Virus record (IMG/VR): IMGVR_UViG_3300031998_000077
Location: 1,359-65,358 of that record
Strand: one strand, 5' to 3'
Source of the DNA: a virus
Taxonomy: Duplodnaviria > Caudoviricetes
DNA: 64,000 nt
Within the stretch, counting starts at the first letter, position 1. Each line of letters starts with the position of its first letter. The position numbers and the translations under genes were made by a program. The notes below the pieces were generated by a model. That model saw nothing but the letters and a program-made list of their open reading frames with translations. It did not search any database and had not been told where the DNA came from. This document shows, piece by piece, positions 17,582 through 26,872 of the stretch.

Positions 17582-17841
17582 TGCTCTGCTCCTTTCAGAA
17601 AGATTTTGAGCTGTTTGGAAAGGAACCGGACAATATGTTTCCGGGCTTCTTCCTTGCTGTAGAAAACATCGCGGAGTTCGACGAAAAGGCTTTCCTCGTT
17701 CGCCAAATCCCAAACGGATGGGTAGCCGTCGGCGATTCCCTCCACCTGAACCTCGTTGATGCGGATGTCGGACAGGTTCGTTTTTCCGTGCATACGGACG
17801 ATGAAACCCCGTCTGCCTTTCTTGAAATCGGCCTTTTTCAT
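17578..17841 (-). CDS. SH3/KOW-like family protein
   Basis: FKKGRRGFIV...VFYSKEEA. Confidence 0.6.
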   Translation of the reverse strand: MKKADFKKGRRGFIVRMHGKTNLSDIRINEVQVEGIADGYPSVWDLANEESLFVELRDVFYSKEEARKHIVRFLSKQLKIFLKGAEQ

Positions 17842-18056
17842 TTGCTCACATCCCCCTCGAAAAAGAGTTTTGCGATTCGGCGGGAATGGATGATTGACAT
17901 TTCCCAAAACGGGCAGATTTCCGCGCGGTTGGTGATCTCGCGGAGTTCGGGCGCGCGGATAACGCAAAAATGCTTGTCCTTGCGCTCTTGATGAACATGA
18001 AATGCACAGTTCGTGCAACACGGCGTGAAGCTGATTTCCGCGCTCAATTTTCTCAT
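17838..18056 (-). CDS. small CxxC..C..C protein
   Basis: CTNCAF...FCVIR...ICPFW. Confidence 0.6.
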   Translation of the reverse strand: MRKLSAEISFTPCCTNCAFHVHQERKDKHFCVIRAPELREITNRAEICPFWEMSIIHSRRIAKLFFEGDVSK

Positions 18057-18092
18057 GTTTGTTCTCCAATGGTTTTTCATGGTTTTGGTTGG

Positions 18093-18302
18093 TTACACTT
18101 TTTCCAGCGGGACAAGCGTCTTGGTCGCTTCGTCGAAACCGAGCCTGTACCAGCCCGTTTCCGTCTTGATGCAACCGATGATCGTGATGCTGTGCTTCGA
18201 CGGTTCTTCGGCGACGGCGGCGGGCTTTCTGTGAGTTTCCTTGGCTTCCTCACGTTCCCGCGCCTCGTCTTCGGCGGCCTGTAGTTTGTCAAGATAATCC
18301 AT
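18093..18302 (-). CDS. hypothetical protein
   Basis: GGAGG RBS before MDYLDK. Confidence 0.55.
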   Translation of the reverse strand: MDYLDKLQAAEDEAREREEAKETHRKPAAVAEEPSKHSITIIGCIKTETGWYRLGFDEATKTLVPLEKV

Positions 18303-18489
18303 GACGTGCCTCCCGCTTGCGTTGCAGTTCCGCTTCACGGAATGCCGCGTTTCTGCGGTATTTGTGGCGGCGCATGGCGTTCTGTTTCCACCCGTTGCGT
18401 TTCCACCAGTCGCGCCCATACGCGGCCAGTTTTTCCCGGTGTGTCTTGCGGTACTCTTTCATGTACTTTTTGCGTTGGCGGTCAGTCAT
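18289..18489 (-). CDS. basic helical protein
   Basis: GGAGG RBS; Lys/Arg-rich. Confidence 0.55.
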   Translation of the reverse strand: MTDRQRKKYMKEYRKTHREKLAAYGRDWWKRNGWKQNAMRRHKYRRNAAFREAELQRKREARHGLS

Positions 18490-18850
18490 CGTTTTCCTCC
18501 GTGTCGTTGGCAATGATATAAGCCCGGTCAGGGCGGACGCAACAAGAAACCATCATATCCGCGATCTGTTTGTCGAGTTCGGCGATCTCTGCCGCGCATT
18601 TCGCCCGTAGAACTGCATCCGGCTTTGAGAAATGCGCGTCGATGATTGCCCGGAGCTTCGCCCCGCTGATGCCCGGAATCTCTTTCCACAGGGACAGGAC
18701 GGCCAGCTTTCCGGTCTTCTTTGTCGATGCGCGCAATCCGGGGAAGTCGCCGCGCTGGTAGCGCATGACGGCGTGGCGGATGACCGCCGCCGCGTTGCCG
18801 CTCGCCCGGAGGCGTTCGATTTGGTCGATGCGTAGCCGGACGCTTGCCAT
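18482..18850 (-). CDS. hypothetical protein
   Basis: ORF in the operon run. Confidence 0.6.
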   Translation of the reverse strand: MASVRLRIDQIERLRASGNAAAVIRHAVMRYQRGDFPGLRASTKKTGKLAVLSLWKEIPGISGAKLRAIIDAHFSKPDAVLRAKCAAEIAELDKQIADMMVSCCVRPDRAYIIANDTEENDD

Positions 18851-18851
18851 G

Positions 18852-19349
18852 TTATTTGCCCCCGGTCAGCTTGTCTGTCAGGATGTTTTCAAGCATTCCG
18901 CTCATGCTTTCCCCGTTCGACTTTGCAAGCCGATTGATTGCTTTGTAGAGGCTGGGCTTCATGTAGAAATGACAGCTTTTGTTTCGAGTTTCCCCGTCCC
19001 TCATCACCAAATGAATTACGGGTTTTTCTGTCTTCGCCATGCGTTCAACCTGTCTTGCAAGTTCGTCCCGCCGGGCAAGGCTTTCGTCAAGCGTGTGGTC
19101 GAGATTGATAATCTGTACTTTCAGCTTGGCGATTTCGTCTTGCTGTTTCCGAATCGTTTCGAGGGCTTTTGAATAGTAGCTGTCGTGCATCTGCCAGTGT
19201 TTCAAGCTCTCGATTTCGGCGTTTTTCTGTTCGAGTTCGCGCATTGCTTTATCGTGCGCGCCCTGAATCCGTGAGCATCCGGCTTCGATGTCTTTGATTT
19301 CGTCTTTGTATGCCGAATCACTGATAATGTGGAATCCGAATAGTTTCAT
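18852..19349 (-). CDS. coiled-coil protein with C-terminal ribbon-helix-helix-like domain
   Basis: KSCHFYMKPSLYKAINRLAKSNGESMSGMLENIL. Confidence 0.6.
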   Translation of the reverse strand: MKLFGFHIISDSAYKDEIKDIEAGCSRIQGAHDKAMRELEQKNAEIESLKHWQMHDSYYSKALETIRKQQDEIAKLKVQIINLDHTLDESLARRDELARQVERMAKTEKPVIHLVMRDGETRNKSCHFYMKPSLYKAINRLAKSNGESMSGMLENILTDKLTGGK

Positions 19350-19642
19350 GCTTTCGCCCTTTCGAGTTTGGTGTTGAGGGTTGCGATCTGCTTTTCGAGG
19401 TTTTCGATTCGGTTGTTCAGTTGCTTGTTTTTGGAACGGAGCCTGTGAGCGTCTTTTATCGCGTTCATGTAGCAAGCGTCCTTTTCCGCCATCTCTGTTG
19501 GTTGCAGAGATAAACGGTCGAAAAGAATGATGTTCTCGGTTCTCTCGCGTTGGAGTTCGATTCGCAATTCAAGATTCCGCGCTTTCAGGCGCTTGTTTTC
19601 GGCGCGGAGCTTGCGCGTTGCGTTGCGGTACGGGTATCTCAT
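19346..19642 (-). CDS. coiled-coil hypothetical protein
   Basis: Heptad pattern; ATGA overlaps. Confidence 0.6.
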   Translation of the reverse strand: MRYPYRNATRKLRAENKRLKARNLELRIELQRERTENIILFDRLSLQPTEMAEKDACYMNAIKDAHRLRSKNKQLNNRIENLEKQIATLNTKLERAKA

Positions 19643-19929
19643 TTGCCAGCCCCTTTCTCGTTCTCGCGCATTTCAAGGTCAAAGTCGATGATGTTGTTGA
19701 CCTCGGCATTGAATCTGCGAGCCTCGACGATCTCGCAGACAACTGCACGGCGTTTCGAGGACAGGTAGCTTTCTTTCCGCTGGATTTTGGCATACTCGGC
19801 TTCGAGGTCGATGTTTTCGAGGTCGTACCGTTTCAGGAGCCGGGTTTCTTCCTCGGCGCGCTTGGCGAGTTCGTGTTTCATCGCTCGTTCAAGCCCCGTT
19901 ATCTGTTCGATGTAGCTTCGCGTTCTCAT
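19639..19929 (-). CDS. hypothetical protein
   Basis: GGAGG RBS; ATGA overlaps. Confidence 0.65.
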   Translation of the reverse strand: MRTRSYIEQITGLERAMKHELAKRAEEETRLLKRYDLENIDLEAEYAKIQRKESYLSSKRRAVVCEIVEARRFNAEVNNIIDFDLEMRENEKGAGK

Positions 19930-20147
19930 GCTTCGCCTCCATCGAACGGGATGATCTTCACGTCGTCATACAGCATTTTCGCGGCGGCGGCGACGGCATC
20001 TTTCTTGCCTTTCAGCAGAACAAACCCCTCGTCGTTTCCGGCGTTCGCGGCCTCATGGTGGATTTCACAGTCGGTGCATCTTTCGTGAACGTCCCCCGGC
20101 GCGAGATTGCCGACGCGGATGATTTTCAGTTTCATTGTGTCATTCAT
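19926..20147 (-). CDS. hypothetical protein
   Basis: ORF in the operon run. Confidence 0.6.
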   Translation of the reverse strand: MNDTMKLKIIRVGNLAPGDVHERCTDCEIHHEAANAGNDEGFVLLKGKKDAVAAAAKMLYDDVKIIPFDGGEA

Positions 20148-20177
20148 GGTTGTTTTTGCCTTGTTTTGTGTTTCGGC

Positions 20178-20813
20178 TTATCTTTGACGGAGGGATTTTC
20201 CGGTAACGCGGCAGATATAGAACATTTCCTGTAGCCTGTCCTCGATGCGTCGCCCGTATCGTTCGCGGATTTCGCGGTCGGTCAGGTTCGTGGTAACAAT
20301 CGTCAACACGCCGTAGCGCAGAAACGCCCGGTATCGCATGTCAATGACCGTTTCCATGATGTTTTCTGCCTCGCCGAAGCATTTTACGGTGTCTTTGCTT
20401 CCGATCTCGTCGATCATAATGTTCTGCGGACGCTCGAAAAAGTCTCCGCCTGTGATGACCTGTTTTTCAAGATCGTGCAAATTCCCGTCGCATTCCTTGA
20501 AATCGGCGGCAAAGTCTTCCGGGGTGAATACCGGCATGTCGAACAGATACGCCAGCACCTCACAGCCGTAGGTCTTGCCGATGCCGCATTCTCCCTTGAC
20601 GAACAGCCCTTTTTCTGCCGTTCCGTCGAGTAGGAGCGCGCCGTATCGCTGAACGACGGCGTACACTTGCGGATTCTCGGTCGAATACCCGGCTTCCGCA
20701 AGGCGTTCCGCCATTGATGCAAGGCTGGATTCGGTCGCCTTTACCATCTCGGACTTTCTGCCGCGTAGTTTCAGGCGTTCGAGCGTAGGGATGCACTCGC
20801 TCATGCTTTTCAT
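20178..20813 (-). CDS. DnaC/IstB-like helicase loader ATPase
   Basis: Walker A GECGIGKT, MIDEIG, TIVTTNL, YGRRIEDRL; follows the initiator. Confidence 0.9.
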   Translation of the reverse strand: MKSMSECIPTLERLKLRGRKSEMVKATESSLASMAERLAEAGYSTENPQVYAVVQRYGALLLDGTAEKGLFVKGECGIGKTYGCEVLAYLFDMPVFTPEDFAADFKECDGNLHDLEKQVITGGDFFERPQNIMIDEIGSKDTVKCFGEAENIMETVIDMRYRAFLRYGVLTIVTTNLTDREIRERYGRRIEDRLQEMFYICRVTGKSLRQR

Positions 20814-21694
20814 TGGAACCCCCACTTGTTTTCATCCGTCCCGGTTTCATCCGGAGCGTAGTCAAAGCTCGGATGCGAGCCGTTCGGATGGTTCGCGCCA
20901 GCAATGCGCGGCGCGCGGTCTTGCGCCTTGTTGAACCAGTTCACGATAAAGCGTTTGAGGTCGGTTTTCCGGTTCTTCCGGTTCCCGTCGAGCCATGCGG
21001 ATGCCTTTTTCAGTTCGGCTTCGATGTCAAGAGCGGGGTACATTTCCCGCCAGTAGGCCAGCAGTTCCGGCGTAACGCCGTGAATGCGGCTGTCGCCCTC
21101 GTAATCGAAGAAAAGATGCGTTTTTTCGGCATTGCGCCGCCCCGGACTGCCGGGCTTTCCCGGCTCCGGGGTGATGGTTGAGGAATGCAATTCCGAAACC
21201 ATCTTAATATCCGTCTTCGTCTCCGTCTCCGTATTACGTGTGCAATTGCTTTGCGTCTGCGTTTCGTCTGCTTCGCATGTGATATTCATTTGCATATCAT
21301 CTGCTACGCATTCGCTTTGCATTTGCTTTGCTTTTGCACCTCGTTTTTTCGACGTTTCACACCGCGCGAGAATTTCCGGTGGCGGTTCGGGGAATTTGCT
21401 TTCGGCAGTTCGCACTTGCTGTTTGAACTTCAATATCTGAATATATCGCCGTCCGGAAACCTCGTAACTGGCGATCATCCCGGCTTTTTCGCACGCGGCG
21501 ACCAAACGGGGCATGTCGGCAGTTCGTTTGTCCTTTAGGGGATACAGATAGGATTTCAGCAGTTGCGGAGTACCGTAAAATCGCCCGAAATCGTCTGCGG
21601 CCATGATAAGCCGAATGAAAAATACTTCTTCCGCGTCAGTAAGGGTGTTGACCGCCTCACTGTCAAGCCACGGACGTAAAATTCGATTCGGCAT
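20810..21694 (-). CDS. phage replication initiator (winged-helix N-terminus, DnaD-like C-terminus)
   Basis: MPNRIL...FFIRLIMAADDFGR; C-terminal WREMYPALDIEAEL...KRFIVNW; upstream of the loader. Confidence 0.8.
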   Translation of the reverse strand: MPNRILRPWLDSEAVNTLTDAEEVFFIRLIMAADDFGRFYGTPQLLKSYLYPLKDKRTADMPRLVAACEKAGMIASYEVSGRRYIQILKFKQQVRTAESKFPEPPPEILARCETSKKRGAKAKQMQSECVADDMQMNITCEADETQTQSNCTRNTETETKTDIKMVSELHSSTITPEPGKPGSPGRRNAEKTHLFFDYEGDSRIHGVTPELLAYWREMYPALDIEAELKKASAWLDGNRKNRKTDLKRFIVNWFNKAQDRAPRIAGANHPNGSHPSFDYAPDETGTDENKWGFQ

Positions 21695-21723
21695 TTATAT
21701 CTCTCCTCTTGCGGTTCCCGCGC

Positions 21724-22368
21724 TCACTTCGCGCGGGTGGAATTGATGTAGGTCTTTTCGATTTTCACGCCGGGAATCTGAATCGTGCCTTTCGTCGCCT
21801 GAACGACGCGATCAAGCGCGGCCTGATTCGGAATCATGTACTCACGCGGAAGCGCGTTGATGTCAACCACAACGGCTTTGTAAACCTCGCGCATGGATGT
21901 GCCGGACACTTTCGGCATGACAGTAACTTTCGCCTCTGCCATTGCCGCCTCCACGACGGCCTCTGCCGCCGTTTCATCGTCGCCCGCCGCCTCTGCTTCG
22001 GCGGCCAGCTTCGCCAGCTCTTCGGCCTCTTTGCGCTTCTTCTCTTCTTCGGCCTTGATGCGCGCCTGTTCTGCGGAATACCAGCGGACTGTCGCATTTT
22101 TCAGGGCGGCGATACGCTGATCGACCGGATTCAGGAAATCTTTTTCGAGGGCGCAAATCTTCTTGTGCGCTTCGGCGGCGGCTTTCTTCGGGTCGCTGAA
22201 ACGTTCGACGATGGCCTTGCGGACGGTTTGGAGCTTGCCGATCTGATCGTTTGCCTGTACGTAGGTTTCCTGATTCACGACGGCGATTTCCACGGCGACG
22301 ACGGCGGAGACTTCCTCCTGTAGTTCGTTTTGGTGTTCGACCAGTTCCGGTGTGTTTGTTGATACCAT
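21724..22368 (-). CDS. Gp157/Gam-like coiled-coil recombination accessory protein
   Basis: Coiled coil + DINALPREYMIPN...IPGVKI. Confidence 0.6.
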   Translation of the reverse strand: MVSTNTPELVEHQNELQEEVSAVVAVEIAVVNQETYVQANDQIGKLQTVRKAIVERFSDPKKAAAEAHKKICALEKDFLNPVDQRIAALKNATVRWYSAEQARIKAEEEKKRKEAEELAKLAAEAEAAGDDETAAEAVVEAAMAEAKVTVMPKVSGTSMREVYKAVVVDINALPREYMIPNQAALDRVVQATKGTIQIPGVKIEKTYINSTRAK

Positions 22369-22406
22369 GTTGACCTCAATTCTGCCCGTCTACGGGCGTT
22401 TTGTTG

Positions 22407-23027
22407 TTAGATCGCGGCGCGCCATTCGGACGCGTAGCGCGGTTTGATGAGATTGTTTTTCAGCCGCCATTTGTAGTCTGCCAGCACGGACAGCCACGGA
22501 AGCGGCTCGAAAGGATAATCGACCAGCTCGAAATCGCCGTCCTTTGTCAGGTAGTCGCACGTTACCTTTCGCGGCTTTTCGGCGATGTTCGGATGAAGCA
22601 TCACCCAATACGCGGACACCTGTAAGCCGTGCGTCGGCGACGGCAGACACGTTTTGTGATCGTTCACCCAATCGTCATTGTAAAGCTGGTCGAGCGTTCC
22701 GGCGTACCCGTATTTCTCGCTGTAGCCTCGATATTCGATGCGCGTCGGTTTCGCGGGGAGCTTTCCGGACGATTTCAGGCGCAAATATGCCTCGAAATAC
22801 CCGCCAAGTTCCGGGTCAATGGAATTTTCATCCAAAATCCCAAGCTCGTACCATTCGATGTACGTGTGGACGATGCGCCCGCGTTCGGCGGCCACGGCCA
22901 GCGTCTCGGCGGGAACATGGTCGTATTCGTATAGGCCGACACTGCCGATGATCTGCGTTACGGACGGGATGATTTTCCCGTTCACGGTGTAGCGGTGCGC
23001 CTCTTCGTCGAACAGTAATTCAGCCAT
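22407..23027 (-). CDS. PD-(D/E)XK exonuclease (YqaJ/Cas4-like)
   Basis: HRY...IPSVTQII, RGRIVH, YAGTLD...DHKT, LQVSAY. Confidence 0.85.
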   Translation of the reverse strand: MAELLFDEEAHRYTVNGKIIPSVTQIIGSVGLYEYDHVPAETLAVAAERGRIVHTYIEWYELGILDENSIDPELGGYFEAYLRLKSSGKLPAKPTRIEYRGYSEKYGYAGTLDQLYNDDWVNDHKTCLPSPTHGLQVSAYWVMLHPNIAEKPRKVTCDYLTKDGDFELVDYPFEPLPWLSVLADYKWRLKNNLIKPRYASEWRAAI

Positions 23028-23997
23028 TGAACATGTCTCCATCTTCGGGCGGGATGACTTGACCGGGAACCGCCACTTGAATCGCGGCCACGGTCGCTTC
23101 GTAGAGGTTGCGCGGGATTTGATCGGCGCGGTTCACGTGTGCATACTGGTACACGATGAAGCCGATTTCCTCGTTTGACAGGCCGACTTTTCCGGCGATG
23201 GCATACAGGCGTTTCGCCTGTGCCTCGCTGATATTGCCGCCGCCGTTGCTGTAGACGGGCGCGCCGTTCTGCGGGGGTGTGGTCTGTTGCGGTGCGGCAT
23301 TCGTCGCCGGGGCTTTGCGCTGGGGTTGCTGGAAACGGCTGTTTGCGCTGTACGGCGCGGGCTGTTGTTCGCCCTGCGGGAAATCCGGGTCGTCCAAATC
23401 CTGAACGAAAATGTCGCTACAGGCCGTCGCAGTCAAACACAAATCGACAAGCGCCCTCTTTTTGCTCATCTTTAAAACGGTGTTGCAGATGTCGGCGGGA
23501 TTCTGCCGGATTTGCTCTTTCTTCTGAACGTTTCCGTCCCGGTATTTGGAGTAGGCGATCTGTCGGCGGGTTTCGGGCGTGTCTTCCCATTCTTCGTGGC
23601 AGGTCGCCTCTTTCCACTTGTATTTCTTCTCGCTGGTGCTTGCCTCGCCAACACCGTACCCGACGATGTTTCCGGTGGGAATGTGCCGTCCGATGACCGT
23701 GATTCGGTACGTAACGTCAAACCCGTCTGTAACGCGTTCGATGATCGGCTCTGCGGAAATGCGGAACATTGTCAAAATGATTTCCGCGCCCGGTTTCAGC
23801 AACACCATTTTGTCGCCGCATCCGGGGAGCTTGCCGTAGTGCGTCCCCTCTTGCATCAGCTTTTTCATGCACCGCTGAATGACCTTGACCTGTTCTTCCA
23901 GCTCTTCGACCGTCGCCGGGCGCATGACGCGGGTTTCTGCGGGCGGCTTTGTCGCGCTTTGCACCAGCGCGCCGCCGCTGTTTGTGTTTTCGTTCAT
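23020..23997 (-). CDS. putative ssDNA-annealing recombinase
   Basis: LLKPGAE, GYGVGEAST, VLKMSKKRALVD; adjacent to the exonuclease. Confidence 0.6.
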   Translation of the reverse strand: MNENTNSGGALVQSATKPPAETRVMRPATVEELEEQVKVIQRCMKKLMQEGTHYGKLPGCGDKMVLLKPGAEIILTMFRISAEPIIERVTDGFDVTYRITVIGRHIPTGNIVGYGVGEASTSEKKYKWKEATCHEEWEDTPETRRQIAYSKYRDGNVQKKEQIRQNPADICNTVLKMSKKRALVDLCLTATACSDIFVQDLDDPDFPQGEQQPAPYSANSRFQQPQRKAPATNAAPQQTTPPQNGAPVYSNGGGNISEAQAKRLYAIAGKVGLSNEEIGFIVYQYAHVNRADQIPRNLYEATVAAIQVAVPGQVIPPEDGDMFNG

Positions 23998-24022
23998 GGT
24001 TGACCTCAATTTGTATTTGTGT

Positions 24023-24382
24023 TTATGCTTGCGCGCTTGCGGGCGCGGGTTCGGTGGTTTCTGCGGGTTCGTCGATCAGCGCGGGCGTTTCTTCCGGCTT
24101 GAAAAGCGGAATCTCTTTCCCTGCGGCAAAACTTTTCAGCTCGACGGTCGCGCCATTCAGCGCGCCCAAATGCGACGGGGAAACGAAACGCCCGGTCTGC
24201 GTCGAAATGTACGTGGCCGCGTCTTTCAGCGTCGAAAACTCTGTCTTCGTTCCGTCGTTGTTGATGACCGTAATGCTTTTCCCCTTGCGGGTGCGGACGG
24301 GCGCGGGAATGCCGCCCTCGTGGAGTTCCTTGTACTCGCTCACGGTTCCCTCGAATTGTACGCCGTTCTCAATCCATTTCAT
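24023..24382 (-). CDS. hypothetical protein (possible NUMOD1-like DNA-binding segment)
   Basis: EFSTLKDAATYI; GGAGG RBS. Confidence 0.55.
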   Translation of the reverse strand: MKWIENGVQFEGTVSEYKELHEGGIPAPVRTRKGKSITVINNDGTKTEFSTLKDAATYISTQTGRFVSPSHLGALNGATVELKSFAAGKEIPLFKPEETPALIDEPAETTEPAPASAQA

Positions 24383-24483
24383 GCGATTACCTCCAATCCT
24401 CGGCAATCAGCATTGCCGTGAAAAGCACCGTGAAGAACGCGCCAAGCGCGAAGAACGACACAAACAATGCTTCGATGATGCTG

Positions 24484-24705
24484 TCAGGCATTTGCGGCCT
24501 CCGTTCCGGCGTTGTGTTGCGGGTCTTGAAGCCTCGCGGCCAGCTCGTGCGCGTCTTCGGCGAGCTGTTCGGCGAGATCGCCGATGGTTTCGAGCTTCTT
24601 GATGATGTCGGTTTCGTTCGACTTCGCCGCCTCGGTCAGCCAATGGACGACCGCCGCGTGTTGGTCGAGTTCGATCAAGGATGCCAAGCGTTCTGTGTAG
24701 TTCAT
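24484..24705 (-). CDS. hypothetical helical protein
   Basis: GAGG RBS. Confidence 0.6.
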   Translation of the reverse strand: MNYTERLASLIELDQHAAVVHWLTEAAKSNETDIIKKLETIGDLAEQLAEDAHELAARLQDPQHNAGTEAANA

Positions 24706-24759
24706 TTTGACCTCACTGGTAATATGGTTGATGTTTTGCGTTATTTTGCCGTTGACCTG

Positions 24760-24969
24760 TTACGCCGTCGCCGTTCTGCCGGGGCGCATGTGCCGTTTCA
24801 GCGCGCCGCCGCTCATCACGTTTTCAAGCTCTGCCCGGCTGTAGCGGTACGCCCGCCCGACTTTTACGCGACGGACTTTCCGCTCGGAAACGAGCTTTTC
24901 GAGCGTTCGGCGGCCTACGCCGAAAACGTCTTCAACCTCGCGCCGAATCAAATAAAGTTTCTCGCTCAT
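24760..24969 (-). CDS. excisionase-like HTH DNA-binding protein
   Basis: LIRREVEDVFGVGRRTL...KVGRAYRYSRAEL (MerR/HTH_17-like). Confidence 0.75.
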   Translation of the reverse strand: MSEKLYLIRREVEDVFGVGRRTLEKLVSERKVRRVKVGRAYRYSRAELENVMSGGALKRHMRPGRTATA

Positions 24970-24993
24970 GGTGTCTTTCCTTTCCGGTTTGGT

Positions 24994-25194
24994 TTATGCT
25001 TGCACGGTTATGCTTGCAGGGGTAATTCGGGCAAAAATTTTTTCATGCTCGCGATTAATAAGGAAACGGAGCATGTCTGAATCACTCTTGCGCTGGAAAT
25101 GGTTTTTGAGGTCATTAACCATTTTCATTTCTTCGGGCGTTGCATAAAGACAGAGGTTCTTTTTTTTGTTGCCCAGTTTGTGTTTTCGTTTCAT
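24994..25194 (-). CDS. Cro/Arc-like small repressor (RHH-like)
   Basis: First gene of the leftward operon, divergent from CI-like. Confidence 0.55.
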   Translation of the reverse strand: MKRKHKLGNKKKNLCLYATPEEMKMVNDLKNHFQRKSDSDMLRFLINREHEKIFARITPASITVQA

Positions 25195-25226
25195 TTATCA
25201 CCTCGGATTATGTTTGCGATACACAT

Positions 25227-25254
25227 AATATACCCTCGTAGGCATAATTTTCAA
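25227..25254 (-). promoter_or_regulatory. early lytic promoter (TTGAAA-16-TATATT)
   Basis: Lies in the divergent cro/cI intergenic region. Confidence 0.7.
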
Positions 25255-25335
25255 GCCCTGTTTCTAAATTTTTTTGAATTTTTTTGAATGTGGGGGTATT
25301 TTAAAGCCGGAAATCTTATAAAAGAGGTATACATT

Positions 25336-25749
25336 ATGAATCTTGCAGAGCAAATAGAGGATGCCTTGCGTCAACAGCAGAGGCAGGGCAAGACACAGAC
25401 GGAGATGTCGGAAATGAACGGTATCTCCCAATCACATATTCAAAGGATTCTCTCGAATCCTGAAACAAAGATCAAGGGGTTAAAGGTTGAAACCTTGATG
25501 AAAATGTTTCCGTCCGCGACGCTCAATTTGAACGGCGAAATCTCCCCGACGCAAACCGGGACAAATAACGGGGTGGTAGGGGTGAACATCGGCACGGTGA
25601 ACAATGGCTCCCTTGCACCCGCGCAAGCTCAAATCAAGTCCGCCGTCGATGCGTTCCGTCATGCCGTGATTGACGCGCTGATTGGCCTCGACATTCCCCC
25701 GGACGCTTTGACCGCCGTCCTCCGGACGATCAAAGAAACGAAAACTTGA
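25336..25749 (+). CDS. CI-like XRE HTH repressor lacking an S24 peptidase domain
   Basis: TQTEMSEMNGISQSHIQRIL HTH; position in the genetic switch. Confidence 0.75.
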   Translation: MNLAEQIEDALRQQQRQGKTQTEMSEMNGISQSHIQRILSNPETKIKGLKVETLMKMFPSATLNLNGEISPTQTGTNNGVVGVNIGTVNNGSLAPAQAQIKSAVDAFRHAVIDALIGLDIPPDALTAVLRTIKETKT

Positions 25750-25769
25750 CACGAAAGGAAACTGCACAC

Positions 25770-26291
25770 ATGGCAACCGTGAAGCTCACCTGTCCCCAAT
25801 GCGGCCAGCATTATTCCGTAGAGATCGACCCGGCTTTGAGATATGAAGATATGACCTGTCAGACGTGCGGCGGCAAGATTCCCGTCTCCGCCGCGCCGCC
25901 CGCCCCGGACGTGCTTTTCAAGCCCGGCGACCAGCCGGATGAAAGCCCCCGCCTGAAATGCCCCTCATGCGGCTTTGTCTTCGCCCCGGCCTTTGACCTG
26001 AAAGATCACGTCGGCGGCTGTGATTGCCCGAAATGCGGCTCCGGCCTCCGCGCCCCGCTCGAACAGTATCTTGCGAACCGGAAGCCGGAACAGCCAGCAT
26101 CGAACCCCGCACCGGAAAACAAACCGTCGCCGCCCCCTGCCGCCGCGTTCTTCTTCGTCTGCTCCGTCGTGAGCTTCATCGCGGGCGACATCGCCGCGAT
26201 TGCCGACAGCGTTTCCCTGTCTTCGTCTCTCTACTGGTCGGGCGTGTCGTTCATCCTCATGGCGATCTACCTGAAAATCCAATGGAAATAA
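25770..26291 (+). CDS. triple Zn-ribbon membrane protein
   Basis: CPQC..CQTC, CPSC..CPKC, Pro-rich linker, two C-terminal TM segments. Confidence 0.7.
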   Translation: MATVKLTCPQCGQHYSVEIDPALRYEDMTCQTCGGKIPVSAAPPAPDVLFKPGDQPDESPRLKCPSCGFVFAPAFDLKDHVGGCDCPKCGSGLRAPLEQYLANRKPEQPASNPAPENKPSPPPAAAFFFVCSVVSFIAGDIAAIADSVSLSSSLYWSGVSFILMAIYLKIQWK

Positions 26292-26296
26292 CCTCA

Positions 26297-26870
26297 TGTA
26301 CGCTCAACCCGTTACAAATTGTAACCAGTTGGTTTCATCCTGTAACCATCTGCCCTCCGGGGCATCAATTTCGTGCGGCCACGAAATTGATCGGACAGCG
26401 GATTTGGCAGGGACACAAATGTCCTTACCTCGCGCAAGTTGCCAGCAAGTTAATTCTACCCTCAAAAACGGCAGTCATCGACAAAATGGCGACAACTCGC
26501 GCAAGTTGCGTTTGGTATATTTTCGCGTCTTTTTGTCCGTTTTGAGCTTAAACCGGATTGGATTTCCGCAGAGAAACACCACAAAACGCCTTTTTCCCGG
26601 CGAATGGTTGACTTTTTGTTTCCGATGGTTCACAATGGTTGACCTTTCGCACACTTTCAACTCAATCCACCTCAAATGCTCCATGATACAAACTTGATAC
26701 AACCCGCGTACATCATGGTACATCATGGTGCATTGTAATCCATCATCCCCGCCCATCACCCGCCAACAATCAACCCTAAACCACCCGGCATCACGTTCAA
26801 AAAATCGCGCAAGGGCTAAATAATCCCCCTCTCTCCGCCATATTTTTATATTTCACTTATGCGGAGTTCA
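26297..26870. other. candidate attP region
   Basis: ~570-bp AT-richer non-coding gap next to int, with short direct repeats (CTCGCGCAAGTTGC x2, ATGGTTGAC x2, TACATCATGG x2). Confidence 0.5.
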
Positions 26871-26872
26871 TT

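Noticed and set aside
22407-23027. Cas4/CRISPR adaptation gene
   Set aside because: No cas genes or array; it sits in an exonuclease-annealase recombination module
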